Source: a virus
Taxonomy: Duplodnaviria > Caudoviricetes
Reading direction: 5' to 3' (one strand)
Length of the DNA stretch: 64,000 bases
IMG/VR virus record: IMGVR_UViG_3300034104_005543
Span: 51,487 to 115,486 of that record
The position numbers were made by a program, and so were the translations under genes. Each line of letters opens with the position of its first letter. Position 1 is the first letter of the stretch. Shown one piece after another: positions 23,401 through 33,800 of this stretch. The notes under the pieces were generated by a model. The model worked only from the letters and a program-made list of their open reading frames with translations. It was not told the DNA's origin and searched no databases.

Positions 23401-26400
23401 TTAAACAAAAACTTTCTTCGACACTACAAATAGATTTAAATAACCCTGATAAAAAAGCACTTGAGAAGTTTGCAGGTTACATAAAAGAACTGCTGCATAA
23501 AAAAGGTTATATAACAGCTGATGAAACTGAAATGATAACCATTGTAGATGGTGCTTTTGCGCAAGATTATTTACCGTCAGGGCTTGCTGTTATATTAGAT
23601 GGTATTATAGCAAACATTATTGAAAAAAATATTCTTCAGCAAAAGTTTCCTGGAGAACCTCTTATTCAAGTTGCTAATACAGGTTGGGAGTTTGTAGAAA
23701 CAGACCCTTTAAAAAAGAGATTAAAAAAAGATAAGGTTCGTTATAATAATAAGTTAAAATCATACAGACCTGGTCCTGATGGTACAACGTTACCAGGACA
23801 AGTAATAATATCAATGCAAGGAGGTTTTTATAAACTACTTAATCTTACTCATACTGATGGTAATCCTATAGGTACTGTACCAAGATTAAACGAAATGATG
23901 GGTATAGAATCATGGAAGAAAGAGCATATGCAAAAATTTATAATAACAGGAGATAGAATTCCTGTGCATGCTCATCCTTCTATGGAAGTTTTAGAAATTG
24001 TTGAATTTATAGATTCACTTCAAGGTAATGTTATTATACTTCCTTCTGAGATAGTAGCAAAATCTGGTGGTGACTTTGACGTAGATAAACTGACACTTCT
24101 TTATCCTACTTTTGATGATGCAGGTAATATATTAGAATACTCTCTTGACTATAATCAAAGCAAAGAGAGAATAAAAGAACTATCTGCAAAAATTAAAGTA
24201 GAAGAAAAACATACCGCTGCTTACTATAAACTATTACGAAAAATACTTAGCGCGGTTGCTAAAGATTTAAAAACAACAGGATTTCAAAATGTAGGTGAAT
24301 TAGCTAGTAGTAATAAAGCAGACCAGTACCGTAAAGTAGTTACTAAAAACGAAGAAGCATTTGCGGAGTATGATGACATTGAGTTAAAAGCAGATGAAAC
24401 TTTAGACTCTATCGCAGCAAAAATTGAAGATATCAATCAGAAAATTGATGATATATTCAACAATAAACCTGAATTAAAAACTAAAGAAGATAAGTTAACT
24501 GAATCTGAAAAGCAACTTATTAAAACTGCTGAAGAATACACTAACGCAGTTTTTTATTTCAAAAACATAGTAGGCGCTATAGGTAATAGAATAAATCAAA
24601 ATGTAGCAGCACTACTTACTGTAGAAGAATTATTCCCTTATTTAATTTTACCTACTACTGACGAAAACCTAAAATCAATAGCTAATAGTACAGAAAACAA
24701 ACAATTAAGTGAATTTCCTATACCTTCAGAAAAAAGAAAATATAGTTATATAACAGATCCTTTTGAATCTTTGCTAAAGTTAGACTACAATAGTGCCGGT
24801 AAAAAAAGTTTAGGTATTATTGCTGTATTTTCATCAATGCTTAATGAAATGGCTGAAGCAAATCTACGACTACCCAATGGTATAATGGTTAAGGGTGGAG
24901 GTTTTAAAGTAGTAAAAATACCATTTATGTATAGGAGCACTAAAGAAACAGTTGATGTACTTGTAGACGGTGAAATAAAACAGATTAAGATTGACGCTTT
25001 AGATTACTCAAGTCTAACTGATTTAGAAAATAATGATAAAGGTGACTACACAGGACAAAAGATTCAAGCTTCTGTTGACGTAGAAAAAGACCCTTGGTTA
25101 TTACGTCTTGGCATTAGAAAAGAAACAGCATCTTTCCAATTAGGTTTAACTGGAGCAAGTGTAAAAGAAGGACCTCTTTCTATATTTTTACTTAATCCTA
25201 TGGTAAATCAGTTTGTTAGATATACGGAAATATCACAAACACCGTTGTTGCCATTTTTTAGTAACATAAGTGATGGTGTTAATAGCAAACTTAGTACTGT
25301 TAGTAAGTTTTCAAAAATAATATCAAAACGAGAATTAACGGATTTAATAAAAAATTCTGATTATAGTGATGAAATAAAACAGAAAGCCGAAAAAGTTTTA
25401 CAGAAAACTTTTACTAAAGATAATATTATAGAATTAAATAATATCTTTTACAGTACTTCTATACAAAAACACGAATCAATAAATTTTGGTGCTTCTCACT
25501 ATGAATCAAAATTAAATCAAGCAGTGGGACTTATACATTATATAGCTATAAATGAAATGTTTAAGGACACTATTAATAAACTTTCTTTTGCTTTGCGACC
25601 AGATCGTCAGCGATTTGCTTCTATATTAGACTTTATGATTTTTGATAAAAAATTTGAAGAACTATACAATTCAATGCCTGATTTTACTCGTGAAGCGTTG
25701 CTTCAAATAAAAGAAAAAAGTGTGAGATCTTCTTTCTACATTAATACTAGCACTTTACCAAAAGCTTTATTAGAGCTACTATCACCCATGATGATACCTG
25801 TAGTAAACTTTATTTATGAAAAGCATTATAAAAATAAACAATTTGAATCGCAGATACCTTTTAAAGATACTAAAGCTGCAATAAAACTATACTCAAACAT
25901 CATTAGGTCTACACTATTGCAAAAACTTTTAAACTCTAGATATGATAATGATGTTTACAAAGGATTTAATATTATAACAAGTACTGAATTTACTTCTGAT
26001 AGTAATGCTGTAGAAACAGCCGTCCTTAATAATGACTTTAATATACTAGCAACCTCTGCTATAAAAGTTTTAGAAGTTAAGGATGAACTAAATAATGTTG
26101 TAGAAAAATCTATATATGTAAATAAACTTAATATTGCTCTTTTTGCTATGAGTGGTGCTGCCGATAAAAGCAATGCTGATTTTTATATCAACTACGGTAT
26201 GGCAAAACCTGATAGTAGAATTATAACAAGTCCTAAAAAACTTGAGAAATATCTTATTGAATACGAAATAGCTAAAAATAAATATCCAATAAGTGCGTTT
26301 GAAAAAACAATTTATTATGAACAAGTATATAAAAACATAACAGAGGATGTTGATTATAATAAAGTAACCAGCACTAATAAGGATGTAAAGAAAATTAACT

Positions 26401-28631
26401 ACGCTTATGAACTATTTTTGCGTGATATGGCACTTATAAATACTATGCCTTTATCAGTTTTAAGTGAAAAAAGTATAGGTAAGGGTACAACTAACATTGG
26501 TTATTTTATAAATCAATTTAAAGTAGCATATGGAAATATCTTATTACAATCATATCCTGTATTAAATAATATCAATACAAAAGTAAGAGATAGGTCTGAA
26601 AATCTAGAAGTTGAAATTATTGGTATCAAAGACAATTTAGAATACTACCGAAATCAAATACAAACTCTTATAGATCCTACAAAACAAGTAATGTCAAATA
26701 GCTTTGACAATATAATATTAAGTGATATTTTAACTGGAGTAGGATTGTTTTCAGTAATGCAGAATAATACTAGTACAACTGCTAGTAAAGTGCAACAACT
26801 TTTTGTCAACAAGAGCTTGATGCGAAATTTAGCTACTATTTCATTAAGTAATAAAGAGTTAAACGATTTGTTGAATTCAATATTATCAGAAGTTATTGCT
26901 AAAAACAATCACAAAAAAATGGGTTATGTCTATGTACTTCCAGAAAAGAAACCTATAACTGCAAATACTTTAGATATAGTACCTTATAGAAATATTAAGA
27001 CTACTAAATCTACTCTGTTTGTTGCAAAATCTGTTTCTACTTCTACTACAGATACTACACAAACTGCGGTAAGTACTCAACCCGAAACTGCTAGAACTAT
27101 ATATGATAAGATTAATAAAGATAAAAAAACAAAGTCTACTAATGTAGAGATAGCAGGTCAAGGAGATTTATCTGATGTAAAGTATAGTGCAAAAACATTT
27201 TGGAGTGAAGTGGTACCAGAAGCAAGAGCTTGGTTTGGAGATAACCTTATAATTGCATATAGAGGTAAAAAAACAAATACTTTCTTGCAAAACTATAAAG
27301 GTAGGCTTAGTGGAGAACCTGCATTAACAATAGGTAATCCTTTTGACTGGCAAGCTGAAACAGGTACCCGCGATGAACAAGGTATAAAATCTACTAAACG
27401 ATTTATACACTGGATGATTACTGGAGATAACATGGGTGTTACTGAAGCTACACCTGAATATAGGCAAGCTATTATTGATGATATTAAAAACGGTAAACTG
27501 AAAAATAGACCTATTATATATTATCAAGAAAAAGGATATGCTACTCATGCTACAGCTTTAGATTATCTTATAAATGAGTATAATTGGAATCAACCTACTA
27601 CACCTACTGTAAGTGAAGGTATTGAAATTAATTCTAAGCAAACAGGATTAGGAAATGATTTAACTAATGTACATTTTGCTACAAATGGTAAATCTAAATT
27701 TGATATAATCCCTACAGATAAATCTTTAAAAAACCCTGACTCTGTTAAATTAGATAGTAATGATTTAGCGGTTAAGTGGGCAATAGATAAAGGACTAAAA
27801 ACTTATGCTGATGCTTATGGTCAATCAGTAGAAGCTTGGTATAAATCAAACAATGCAATGTCAAAAGGCATTCCTAAAGGAACAGAAGGAGATGCTTATG
27901 ATATGAAACTTATGATAGGATTAATAACTGATAAGTTAAAACAATATCCTAATCTAGTTACACAAATTACAGAAAGAGGAGGTTTAGCGTTTTTAGATAA
28001 ATCTACTCATACTATGGGAACTGGTAGATGGTCTAGTAAAAATCCAAAAAATATGTTTATGAATGCTTTAAAACAGGCATATCAAAACGTATCTGCTACA
28101 CCTACTGTAACTGCAAAACCTACTACTCAAACTCTAGAATCAAAAACAGAATTAGAAGTTTATATTCCTGATTATAGTTTAGCTGAATCTGTATATAACA
28201 ATCTAAAAAGCAGAGAATCTAAAGGTGAGGATTTTATAAAGATTAAAAACGAACTGTATAAAAAATTCTACGATAATATTTCTCAGAAATACGATCAGAT
28301 ACCAAAAGATACTAACTTTAACATTAGATATATGTTAGGCAATACAGTAATAGAATCAGCAAACATTGAAAATGAAGAAAGTATAAAAAAGACACTTGTT
28401 TATGATAATATACCTCTTGGAAATGATGATAGAAGCAAGCAAATAAATTCAATATTAAACGGCTTGTTATACATAAATGCTTTTGTTTTGTATCAAAAAT
28501 TTGGTAAAATAAATAAGCAGTTTTTACCTCCTAAACTGGTTGCTAAAATAATGGTTAGAGAAACCATCGAACAAGCAAACATAAGTGAGGACGAATTGAA
28601 TAAAGTTTTAGAAGTTATAAGAAATTGTTAA
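17454..28631 (+). CDS. crAss-like virion DNA-dependent RNA polymerase (two-barrel) with a zincin-like motif and C-terminal accessory modules
   Basis: 3725 aa; EADAQG, GDRIP and SGGDFDVDK (DFDVD at 24072-24086), matching the DFDID-type catalytic motif of crAss-like vRNAPs such as phi14:2 gp66; HEAWH at 19503-19517. Confidence 0.92.
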   Translation: MNITATSCNITTEDLENFEVHFVTLYKTAFDDLKENENLNVKKFMQNYFKRVSEIVDNPSEKYEKALLATLVGSVALVNTARNPINKNYFPDYIVQQLGNIPWNIVDDSSKVKVTNYLDLIPAVKPVVAPVISARESDADYEASLFEINTMNIALLFQPTDSEFYNSNDLSKEVEQKNGIKAFRKFVDYFLSNSNKTVQDKDPVLENIYIRLFKIKDVDSSKIYGNPKGSEYVYLIVDSQGNPIYINDDGVIDSSGAYHAAFYSRIPDEVINNIDKYMDGSTDKVLLNLLIKRGMVLNPEKYKASTLSSSTDSNVITQIETEKEQYIQSLLASTRSIARFIKDRILEDPENNFMEIDTLNSRFGYLKYISKRADLAEKGDSFITDESGKFINGVQSIAYKPAKVLGKKQDARLVINDKFNVTIFLSNNKLGFAGDRTNPRLLPIVDALVELLTDDTILYGGVPLPTAEKNEILKQFYFQEITSAKAPIKHNTKNSNEALWTVTVSEKNSNEATVYKKGTDKEIFKQYLKQSLEANYLLNPANETIKIPTIIQDGDIKTLILKEISSADYIAQYFKLPITVTENSDKLPILNPTLAINFESPFTIKTKEVKEEFVDDELWMSKNIANLSTEKLNKKALEWFNTNPITKNIPLQQLFNIVNSGALATWSRAGVTLYSGSQYTDLYHEAWHEFTEMWFTPEQKQNLLSEVKKIKGKVTYYYKNEKITKLASEIDSYQEAMEFLADEYRMFAINESASVVTKTIKAIFKAIKNLLDSLFGKTTSLDNSINTFDNPVIKEIFTTLYTGDVKKLEAYRYDINQGTTDVLQRTIVGVGKKEERYKFTSQESILLQQAINSIVFDAALTQRDTKSQQGTIVGSVRLLFRSDKVERFHKLIAERFAEKQKTFEQLANNSETTNEDLKKSYREMASLFAVALRNLGSVEKLKDRTENQGIIKYYIEENEFINEIYNDDEEDFLAKDDGQYSDKGNNSTSLHSDFSPYLKLMFSIMPALKVFKENTLYVNDNLTEGIKKVGDYYYRVNMLSGEQSSIEAKDFLRLFNTPRHIVDENGNIIKSSSYVERDATGSPVALGNANIAISKLIETPGLTGTLKPLSLLTIIEAFAQKGTSVTDKSFFASVYGIIGGNAFTKWNSITIQKAQNQLQEKIKLYPEFYNNVKEHFYTYSSLVKSLSREKVPPIMVSISLDKDKKYTIESYIGNTEYISFWNKREVEYIDYTTKLPSEEQKRYGLVQVGTELKFNAQEFFNHPDNNKNYNPAANKQDVVFKYTDRDKIVNYLKLLGILNNSIVYPESLIIEMLKDSTIIDGLNALNIALFNYKQNLSEVPSILSLLKKGIAAIPDLKQLTLVEKVFSYANKIEITTNDYMYKDAKGDLVNEFSLQSSMMRYVQMYNDSDLKAELYQTPEENAFWVDSLLNKAIYGTNPKKFRLFLAGGITNDNNTGISENDNNVFTATIESIINLRIQNAYRMYQHSGKSTQYFISLDKQPFIQYNAADEMANNVFYNQMYNYFIAEAVRVYQTENGVSEGVEMFSKYGKEFLFFDYINDSTKTLVKKLIAENYNLEQPNVTEVINNVKQSLQNYKATIISEIKNEHEQRIEKAINAFAKIDNTILDNVDKAIKDTVGEESDGNGNKLYRHYYMNNTLFNMESHIFFYGDLANYQLSKDEFPKRNALLGSGGNPVYSDPEYRTLIKNIFDFSDTNDAIINLKKLPITILEDVKVGSENYSEYEKAVKTIIQDAKTAEKRVSPYKDGMKEADAQGIVLLDTYRMLSLASNNWSSVKEDYYNRIKNNQPLPINVSEFFPSLKYQFAGPATYIKDEKTGKLQMFTLKFNIIPLIPSVLKTKIGEVEKERYLNLVSKKLVTENIAMLTFVSGSKNSFLFDKESNIFYDDNGNLTESPFVKNYIDTTFFKDQLYIAPVFKEKSLVSSQKRTKILDLFYQNGKLTEKFARHKDLVEEYKKSIADATEIFKQKLSSTLQIDLNNPDKKALEKFAGYIKELLHKKGYITADETEMITIVDGAFAQDYLPSGLAVILDGIIANIIEKNILQQKFPGEPLIQVANTGWEFVETDPLKKRLKKDKVRYNNKLKSYRPGPDGTTLPGQVIISMQGGFYKLLNLTHTDGNPIGTVPRLNEMMGIESWKKEHMQKFIITGDRIPVHAHPSMEVLEIVEFIDSLQGNVIILPSEIVAKSGGDFDVDKLTLLYPTFDDAGNILEYSLDYNQSKERIKELSAKIKVEEKHTAAYYKLLRKILSAVAKDLKTTGFQNVGELASSNKADQYRKVVTKNEEAFAEYDDIELKADETLDSIAAKIEDINQKIDDIFNNKPELKTKEDKLTESEKQLIKTAEEYTNAVFYFKNIVGAIGNRINQNVAALLTVEELFPYLILPTTDENLKSIANSTENKQLSEFPIPSEKRKYSYITDPFESLLKLDYNSAGKKSLGIIAVFSSMLNEMAEANLRLPNGIMVKGGGFKVVKIPFMYRSTKETVDVLVDGEIKQIKIDALDYSSLTDLENNDKGDYTGQKIQASVDVEKDPWLLRLGIRKETASFQLGLTGASVKEGPLSIFLLNPMVNQFVRYTEISQTPLLPFFSNISDGVNSKLSTVSKFSKIISKRELTDLIKNSDYSDEIKQKAEKVLQKTFTKDNIIELNNIFYSTSIQKHESINFGASHYESKLNQAVGLIHYIAINEMFKDTINKLSFALRPDRQRFASILDFMIFDKKFEELYNSMPDFTREALLQIKEKSVRSSFYINTSTLPKALLELLSPMMIPVVNFIYEKHYKNKQFESQIPFKDTKAAIKLYSNIIRSTLLQKLLNSRYDNDVYKGFNIITSTEFTSDSNAVETAVLNNDFNILATSAIKVLEVKDELNNVVEKSIYVNKLNIALFAMSGAADKSNADFYINYGMAKPDSRIITSPKKLEKYLIEYEIAKNKYPISAFEKTIYYEQVYKNITEDVDYNKVTSTNKDVKKINYAYELFLRDMALINTMPLSVLSEKSIGKGTTNIGYFINQFKVAYGNILLQSYPVLNNINTKVRDRSENLEVEIIGIKDNLEYYRNQIQTLIDPTKQVMSNSFDNIILSDILTGVGLFSVMQNNTSTTASKVQQLFVNKSLMRNLATISLSNKELNDLLNSILSEVIAKNNHKKMGYVYVLPEKKPITANTLDIVPYRNIKTTKSTLFVAKSVSTSTTDTTQTAVSTQPETARTIYDKINKDKKTKSTNVEIAGQGDLSDVKYSAKTFWSEVVPEARAWFGDNLIIAYRGKKTNTFLQNYKGRLSGEPALTIGNPFDWQAETGTRDEQGIKSTKRFIHWMITGDNMGVTEATPEYRQAIIDDIKNGKLKNRPIIYYQEKGYATHATALDYLINEYNWNQPTTPTVSEGIEINSKQTGLGNDLTNVHFATNGKSKFDIIPTDKSLKNPDSVKLDSNDLAVKWAIDKGLKTYADAYGQSVEAWYKSNNAMSKGIPKGTEGDAYDMKLMIGLITDKLKQYPNLVTQITERGGLAFLDKSTHTMGTGRWSSKNPKNMFMNALKQAYQNVSATPTVTAKPTTQTLESKTELEVYIPDYSLAESVYNNLKSRESKGEDFIKIKNELYKKFYDNISQKYDQIPKDTNFNIRYMLGNTVIESANIENEESIKKTLVYDNIPLGNDDRSKQINSILNGLLYINAFVLYQKFGKINKQFLPPKLVAKIMVRETIEQANISEDELNKVLEVIRNC
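27598..28110 (+). repeat. Perfect 15-bp direct repeat flanking a NADAR-like module inside the vRNAP gene
   Basis: ctacacctactgtaa at 27598-27612 and 28096-28110; related ctactacacctac at 15458-15470 and 27595-27607. Confidence 0.8.
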
Positions 28632-28632
28632 T

Positions 28633-30825
28633 ATGTTTTGTATAAATAAAAATTCAGAAGAGTTTAAGTCTCTTGTAGAAGAAGTAGGTTTTAGAGACGC
28701 TGTAGCATACTACTTAGCAAAAGGGTATATTATTGATGATACCGAGTTTACTTCTACTTCAGAAGAAGTAGAAGAAGTTAATAGCCTTTTTCAAAATACA
28801 AATTATTATAATTTAGAAAACACGGAGGTTAAAAGAAATATAAAAAACCTAGAAAAGCAGCTGCTAGATGGTTTTTTAGCTGAATATAATTTTACAGCAA
28901 CCGAGTATGAAAACTTAAAACAAGAACTAGGAATAGACTCTTATACAGCAACAGATTTAATAACAAAATCTATTGCATACGAAAAAGGAGAATCTATTTT
29001 ACCAGAGGTTGCATACATTGCCTATTCAATTTTAGGTAAACAAAACAACAAAATTAGATCTGATTTAAGATACCTAGTAAACAAATGGAGCAAATACACT
29101 GAAAGGTTTAACTATCATAAAAAAATAATATCAAAAAAAGAAGGGTTTATTGATGATAAAAAAGAATGGCGAACAAAAATAAAAGACCTAGTAATACTAG
29201 ACTTTTTAAGAGAAAATATAGAAAAATATTACTTTAACGATAATGAATTCACTAAAATTAATGATTCAAAATGGACAAAAGAAGATTTTACATTGTGGGA
29301 AAAAATAATTAGAGCAATAGAAAAATTCTTAGAAAAACTTAATATAATGTCAGATGAGCGGAAAATAGAGAAACTTAAAAATATAGGTTTATCTATTGCT
29401 AGTGAAATACTTACAAATAATTATCAATATTATAATTACAATTTATCGCAAGATCAAATAAGAAAATATTATAAAAATACAATTCAAAGCGATCCTTTTG
29501 CTAAAGAATTAGTTGAATTTGTTCAGTCTAAAATAGGACTTATTCTTACTGGATCTTTAGCTTTAAGAAAAGCAGGTTCTGTTTACAGAACTATTATTGA
29601 AACTTTACATGATATAGATTGGGTTGTGCCTTTTGAAAAAACGTACACTCCTACTAACATGGATGCGTACAATAGAATTATTAATGGAGAACCTGAGTTT
29701 ATATTAGATGAATATATAGAAAGTCTAAAGATAGATGATGTTGCAAGAAATGTATTATATAATATTCAAAAATTAGATTGGTTTCAAGATTTCATAGAAA
29801 AATACCCATCTTTTGAATTTACGGGTGGTTTTTATGGAGGAGAACATACTAAAAAAGAAAGTTTTACAGCGCAAGGTGTTGTAAACGGAGAATTTTATAC
29901 TGAGGATGGTACTCATGAACAAGAATTTACTTTTTACAGTAAAGATCCTATTACAAAGAAACCTATAAAAGTAACTGAAAAAAGTATAGTTAATCATAGA
30001 AAAGGTGAATATATAAAAGGAACAGGATACGCAATTGATTTTTTTGTACGATTACAACCCCATCAAGAACAACATGAAAATTATTTTAAACTATGGAAAG
30101 AAATAATGATTGCTAAAATTAGAATGGGTAGAGATAAAGATTTTATAGACTGGAAAGCATTTGTTCCATATCTTAAGTCAACCAATTCATTTAATTTTAA
30201 TTATGAAGGTTTTCGACATTTCAATTACGAATCTTCCAAAACAAATTTATTAGAAGAATATATAGTAGATACATTAGAAACTGTAGAAGAACAAGAAACA
30301 TCTACTGGTATAAAACCAGGAGTACAAGAACTAATGGATTTTAATAGACCTGTAGTAGATACTAAAGAAAAAGCATCTCCTGTAGTAGAAGAGTTAATGA
30401 CCCCTGAACAAATAGAAAAACAGCGTGACTTTGAAGATTTAGTTGAAAAAGCTAGATTAGATGAAGAAATGGGTATAGATAGGTTTGGCGATTCGTTTGG
30501 TCCTGAAACTATTAGTTTGCAAAAAGGGTATATTAACCCTAATACAGAACCAGTTCTCTATCAAACGTATGTAAATAAATACAATGAAGAAACAGGTAAT
30601 AACATCACCGGGTATGAATTCCTAAAAGATGATGAAGAAGACATTTTTGATATGTCACCTTTCTATAAATTCTTAGACGAAAATGATTTGCAAGGTTTAG
30701 ACTTACGTTACTATGAAAGAGGCGTAGTAAATTTTGAAGAATTTAACCAAGATGTGATAAAAAATAATAACTTTAACAAAGGGATTGACCCTATTGCAGG
30801 GTTTCCTGTTCCACCAAGTTGCTAA
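28633..30825 (+). CDS. Putative ejected protein with a Pol-beta-superfamily nucleotidyltransferase domain
   Basis: 730 aa; LILTGSLAL (GS at 29551)...HDIDWVV (29608-29619)...IDFF...AK..MGRDKDFID. Confidence 0.75.
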   Translation: MFCINKNSEEFKSLVEEVGFRDAVAYYLAKGYIIDDTEFTSTSEEVEEVNSLFQNTNYYNLENTEVKRNIKNLEKQLLDGFLAEYNFTATEYENLKQELGIDSYTATDLITKSIAYEKGESILPEVAYIAYSILGKQNNKIRSDLRYLVNKWSKYTERFNYHKKIISKKEGFIDDKKEWRTKIKDLVILDFLRENIEKYYFNDNEFTKINDSKWTKEDFTLWEKIIRAIEKFLEKLNIMSDERKIEKLKNIGLSIASEILTNNYQYYNYNLSQDQIRKYYKNTIQSDPFAKELVEFVQSKIGLILTGSLALRKAGSVYRTIIETLHDIDWVVPFEKTYTPTNMDAYNRIINGEPEFILDEYIESLKIDDVARNVLYNIQKLDWFQDFIEKYPSFEFTGGFYGGEHTKKESFTAQGVVNGEFYTEDGTHEQEFTFYSKDPITKKPIKVTEKSIVNHRKGEYIKGTGYAIDFFVRLQPHQEQHENYFKLWKEIMIAKIRMGRDKDFIDWKAFVPYLKSTNSFNFNYEGFRHFNYESSKTNLLEEYIVDTLETVEEQETSTGIKPGVQELMDFNRPVVDTKEKASPVVEELMTPEQIEKQRDFEDLVEKARLDEEMGIDRFGDSFGPETISLQKGYINPNTEPVLYQTYVNKYNEETGNNITGYEFLKDDEEDIFDMSPFYKFLDENDLQGLDLRYYERGVVNFEEFNQDVIKNNNFNKGIDPIAGFPVPPSC

Positions 30826-30828
30826 AAA

Positions 30829-33800
30829 ATGAATTGTTCTATTGATAATTTTCGTGATAATGTAACAAAACAAATGTTACAGTATGGTTTTGCAGTTGCT
30901 GCGTCTAAGTATTCAAGTAATCCAACTTTACAAAACGCTATAAGAAACGGAATAAGCACTAATCAAATACCAAAAAAGATTTCTATAGGTAATAAATCAT
31001 ATAGAGGTTTTGATATAGCTAAAAAAATTGCAGATGCTATAAACCAAGGTTGGAAATCTATGGTAGCTAATGTTGCAACTGTAAATGATACACATTCTAT
31101 AAACATAAACATTAGTCCTGATATGATGAAGCTTCTAGAAGCTGCTGATTTTACTGCAGAAGAAAGAAGCGCTTTTAACGACATAGCTCCGGGTTATGCT
31201 AATAGTCTAGAAGAAGAAGCTATATTAAAGTATGAGAGTATGAAAAGCTCTGATATTGATAAACTAGTCTCTGCACAAGCTAATAATTTTTTGAGTTCTG
31301 TTTTAAGTACTTTAAAGCGTGCTTTTCCTACAGTAAACTACCAAATTGTAAGTGATACAGATGCTAGAGAAATTACAAAGAATTCTGCTAACCCCTACAC
31401 AGGTCAGGGTGTATCTTTTTTCTACAATGGTACCGTTTATATAATAGAAGGTAATGTAACACCCAAAACATTAATTCACGAGTTTCTGCATCCCTTAGTT
31501 AAGTCAATAGAAGTAGAAAACCCAGGATTGTTTGATAATTTAGTTAATGAAAGTAAAACTGTAGATAACACTTATGGACTTGAAGTAGGAAAAAGACTAC
31601 AAGAAGAAATAGATGAAGACCCTGAAACTTTTTCCTTTGACAATAATGCGTATAAAAGAGAATACGTAACAAGAGTATTGGAAAGAATCGCTAGTGAAAG
31701 ATTACTAGAAAACAGAGAAGATGGTATTCTATATAACTTTTTTAACAAAGTTTTCTACGCTTTGAAACAGATATTCAGAAAAGTATTTGGTTCTAAAATT
31801 AATGTAAGTAAATTATCAGCTTATACTTCACTTTCAGATTTAGCTGAAATGCTTAAAATGAGTGAGTTTAATCTTAATGCTGAGTTATTTACTACTGAAG
31901 ATTATGTAGAGTACTTAAGTAAAGTAGAAGAAGAAATAAATAAAACAGCAGAATTATTAGCAGACTCTGTAAAGTATAATAAAGAAGCTGCAAAAGATCC
32001 TCGTAATATAAAATTTGGACTCTCAAATCTTGATGACCTGATTAAACAGTTAGAAACTTTAGTAGATAATAATACTGAATACTTCAAGAATAACAATATG
32101 ATAGATCCTGAATTAAATGCTATTATATTTAATTCCGAAACTGGTAATCTCGAAAAAATAAAAGAAGAGTTAAGACTAAATAAAAAGTTTCTTGTACAAG
32201 AACAACTGGATCTTAGTGAAGATATTAGAAATGCTTTAAACGCAGAAAAAAACGATGCTCAAAAAGCATACCGGTTAATATCAAGTATATTTGAAATTCA
32301 AGCGTTAATCTACAATTTAGCAGGACCTGATAAAACAGTACTTATTGATAAAACATCAACTGATGATTTTAAACAAAATTTAGTTTTGATAGAAAAACTA
32401 GAAGGTATGTTACGATCATTTCAAACATTAGCTCAAAGTGTAAATTCTATCATTGTTAAACTTGATCGTAATAATCAATTAGCACAATCTCTTAACCAAA
32501 CAATAGAATATTCTGAAAATGGTCTAAATCAACTTAAAAAACAAAGGTTTAACAATATAAAAGAAGTAATAAATGTACCCTTGTCTGCTATAAATGATAC
32601 GATTCAATCTTTATATAATGATCTAATTGAAAAAATAGATGAAGAAATAGCAACTAAAGGATCTAATAGTTTATTGGAAAAAAGAAAAGAGTATTATATT
32701 AAAACTCGCGACTCTTTAATGGTTTCCGAAAAAAGATTAGAAGATTTATTACAAGGTAAAGCGGGAGACTCTGATTTCTTAGAAGGTTATATTCTGTCTG
32801 CAGTACAATCTTCAGATCCAATTTACGGTACCCTTGGTAGTATTGTAAAAAACGCTTACAATAATATAGAGGCTAACATGGTTAATGTTTATTCCTCATA
32901 CTTTAAAGATTTAAATGAATTACAAAACAAAGCAGGAATAACAAAATTTAACTACTCTAGTAAATACAGGCAAATAATTACAGAAGCTACTAGACTAGTT
33001 AGAACTGTTGAAGAAGGAGAAAGTAATAAAGAAGTAACGCTTGAAGAAAAAAGTGACTACTTTGAGTTTTTACATTCTACTTTAGTTTCACAAGCAACTA
33101 ATGATATAAGAAGATTAGAAGCAGAAAAAGAAGATGCTTCTAGAAATAATGACTTGATTACAGTAGCTGAAAAGTCTAGAGAGATATCAGAGTTAAAAGA
33201 TAAATACTTTTTTGGTTCTGTTTTAGAAGGACACAATATCAGAAAACAAATGCTTTCTACAGAGTGGGGCGTAAGAATGTTTATCAAACGACTTAAGATA
33301 GAAGACAACATTCGTGTTTTAGAACTTGTTATAAAAGCTGAACTAGCATTAAACAATCCTGAAGCCCGACAAAATATTATAGATAAACAAGAACAAATAA
33401 AAGAACAGTATATATTATTAAATGAAATAACTAGCATATACAAAAAAAATGGTGAGGTTAAAACAGGGCAAGAATACCAAGATGCTATAGACTATAAAAA
33501 TTTTTATACTGTTACAGAAAGCAATTTAGAAATAGAAAGAGAAGAAACAATACAAAAATTTGTCGAAGCTTATAAATTAAACGAAGAACTATTAGGTGCA
33601 AACACTCCTGAATTTGGTCAATGGTTAGCTGAAAACACTTATATAAAAAGAAAAGATGAATATTTTTCATTAGTTCAGCAAATATTTGACAACATAGGTG
33701 AGACAAACAATAAGTCTACCAGTTTTACAGCAAAACTTAAAGACTTAAATAATGAACGATCTGCTTTAGGTAAACAGTTAAGTCAATTAAGAATATTGTA

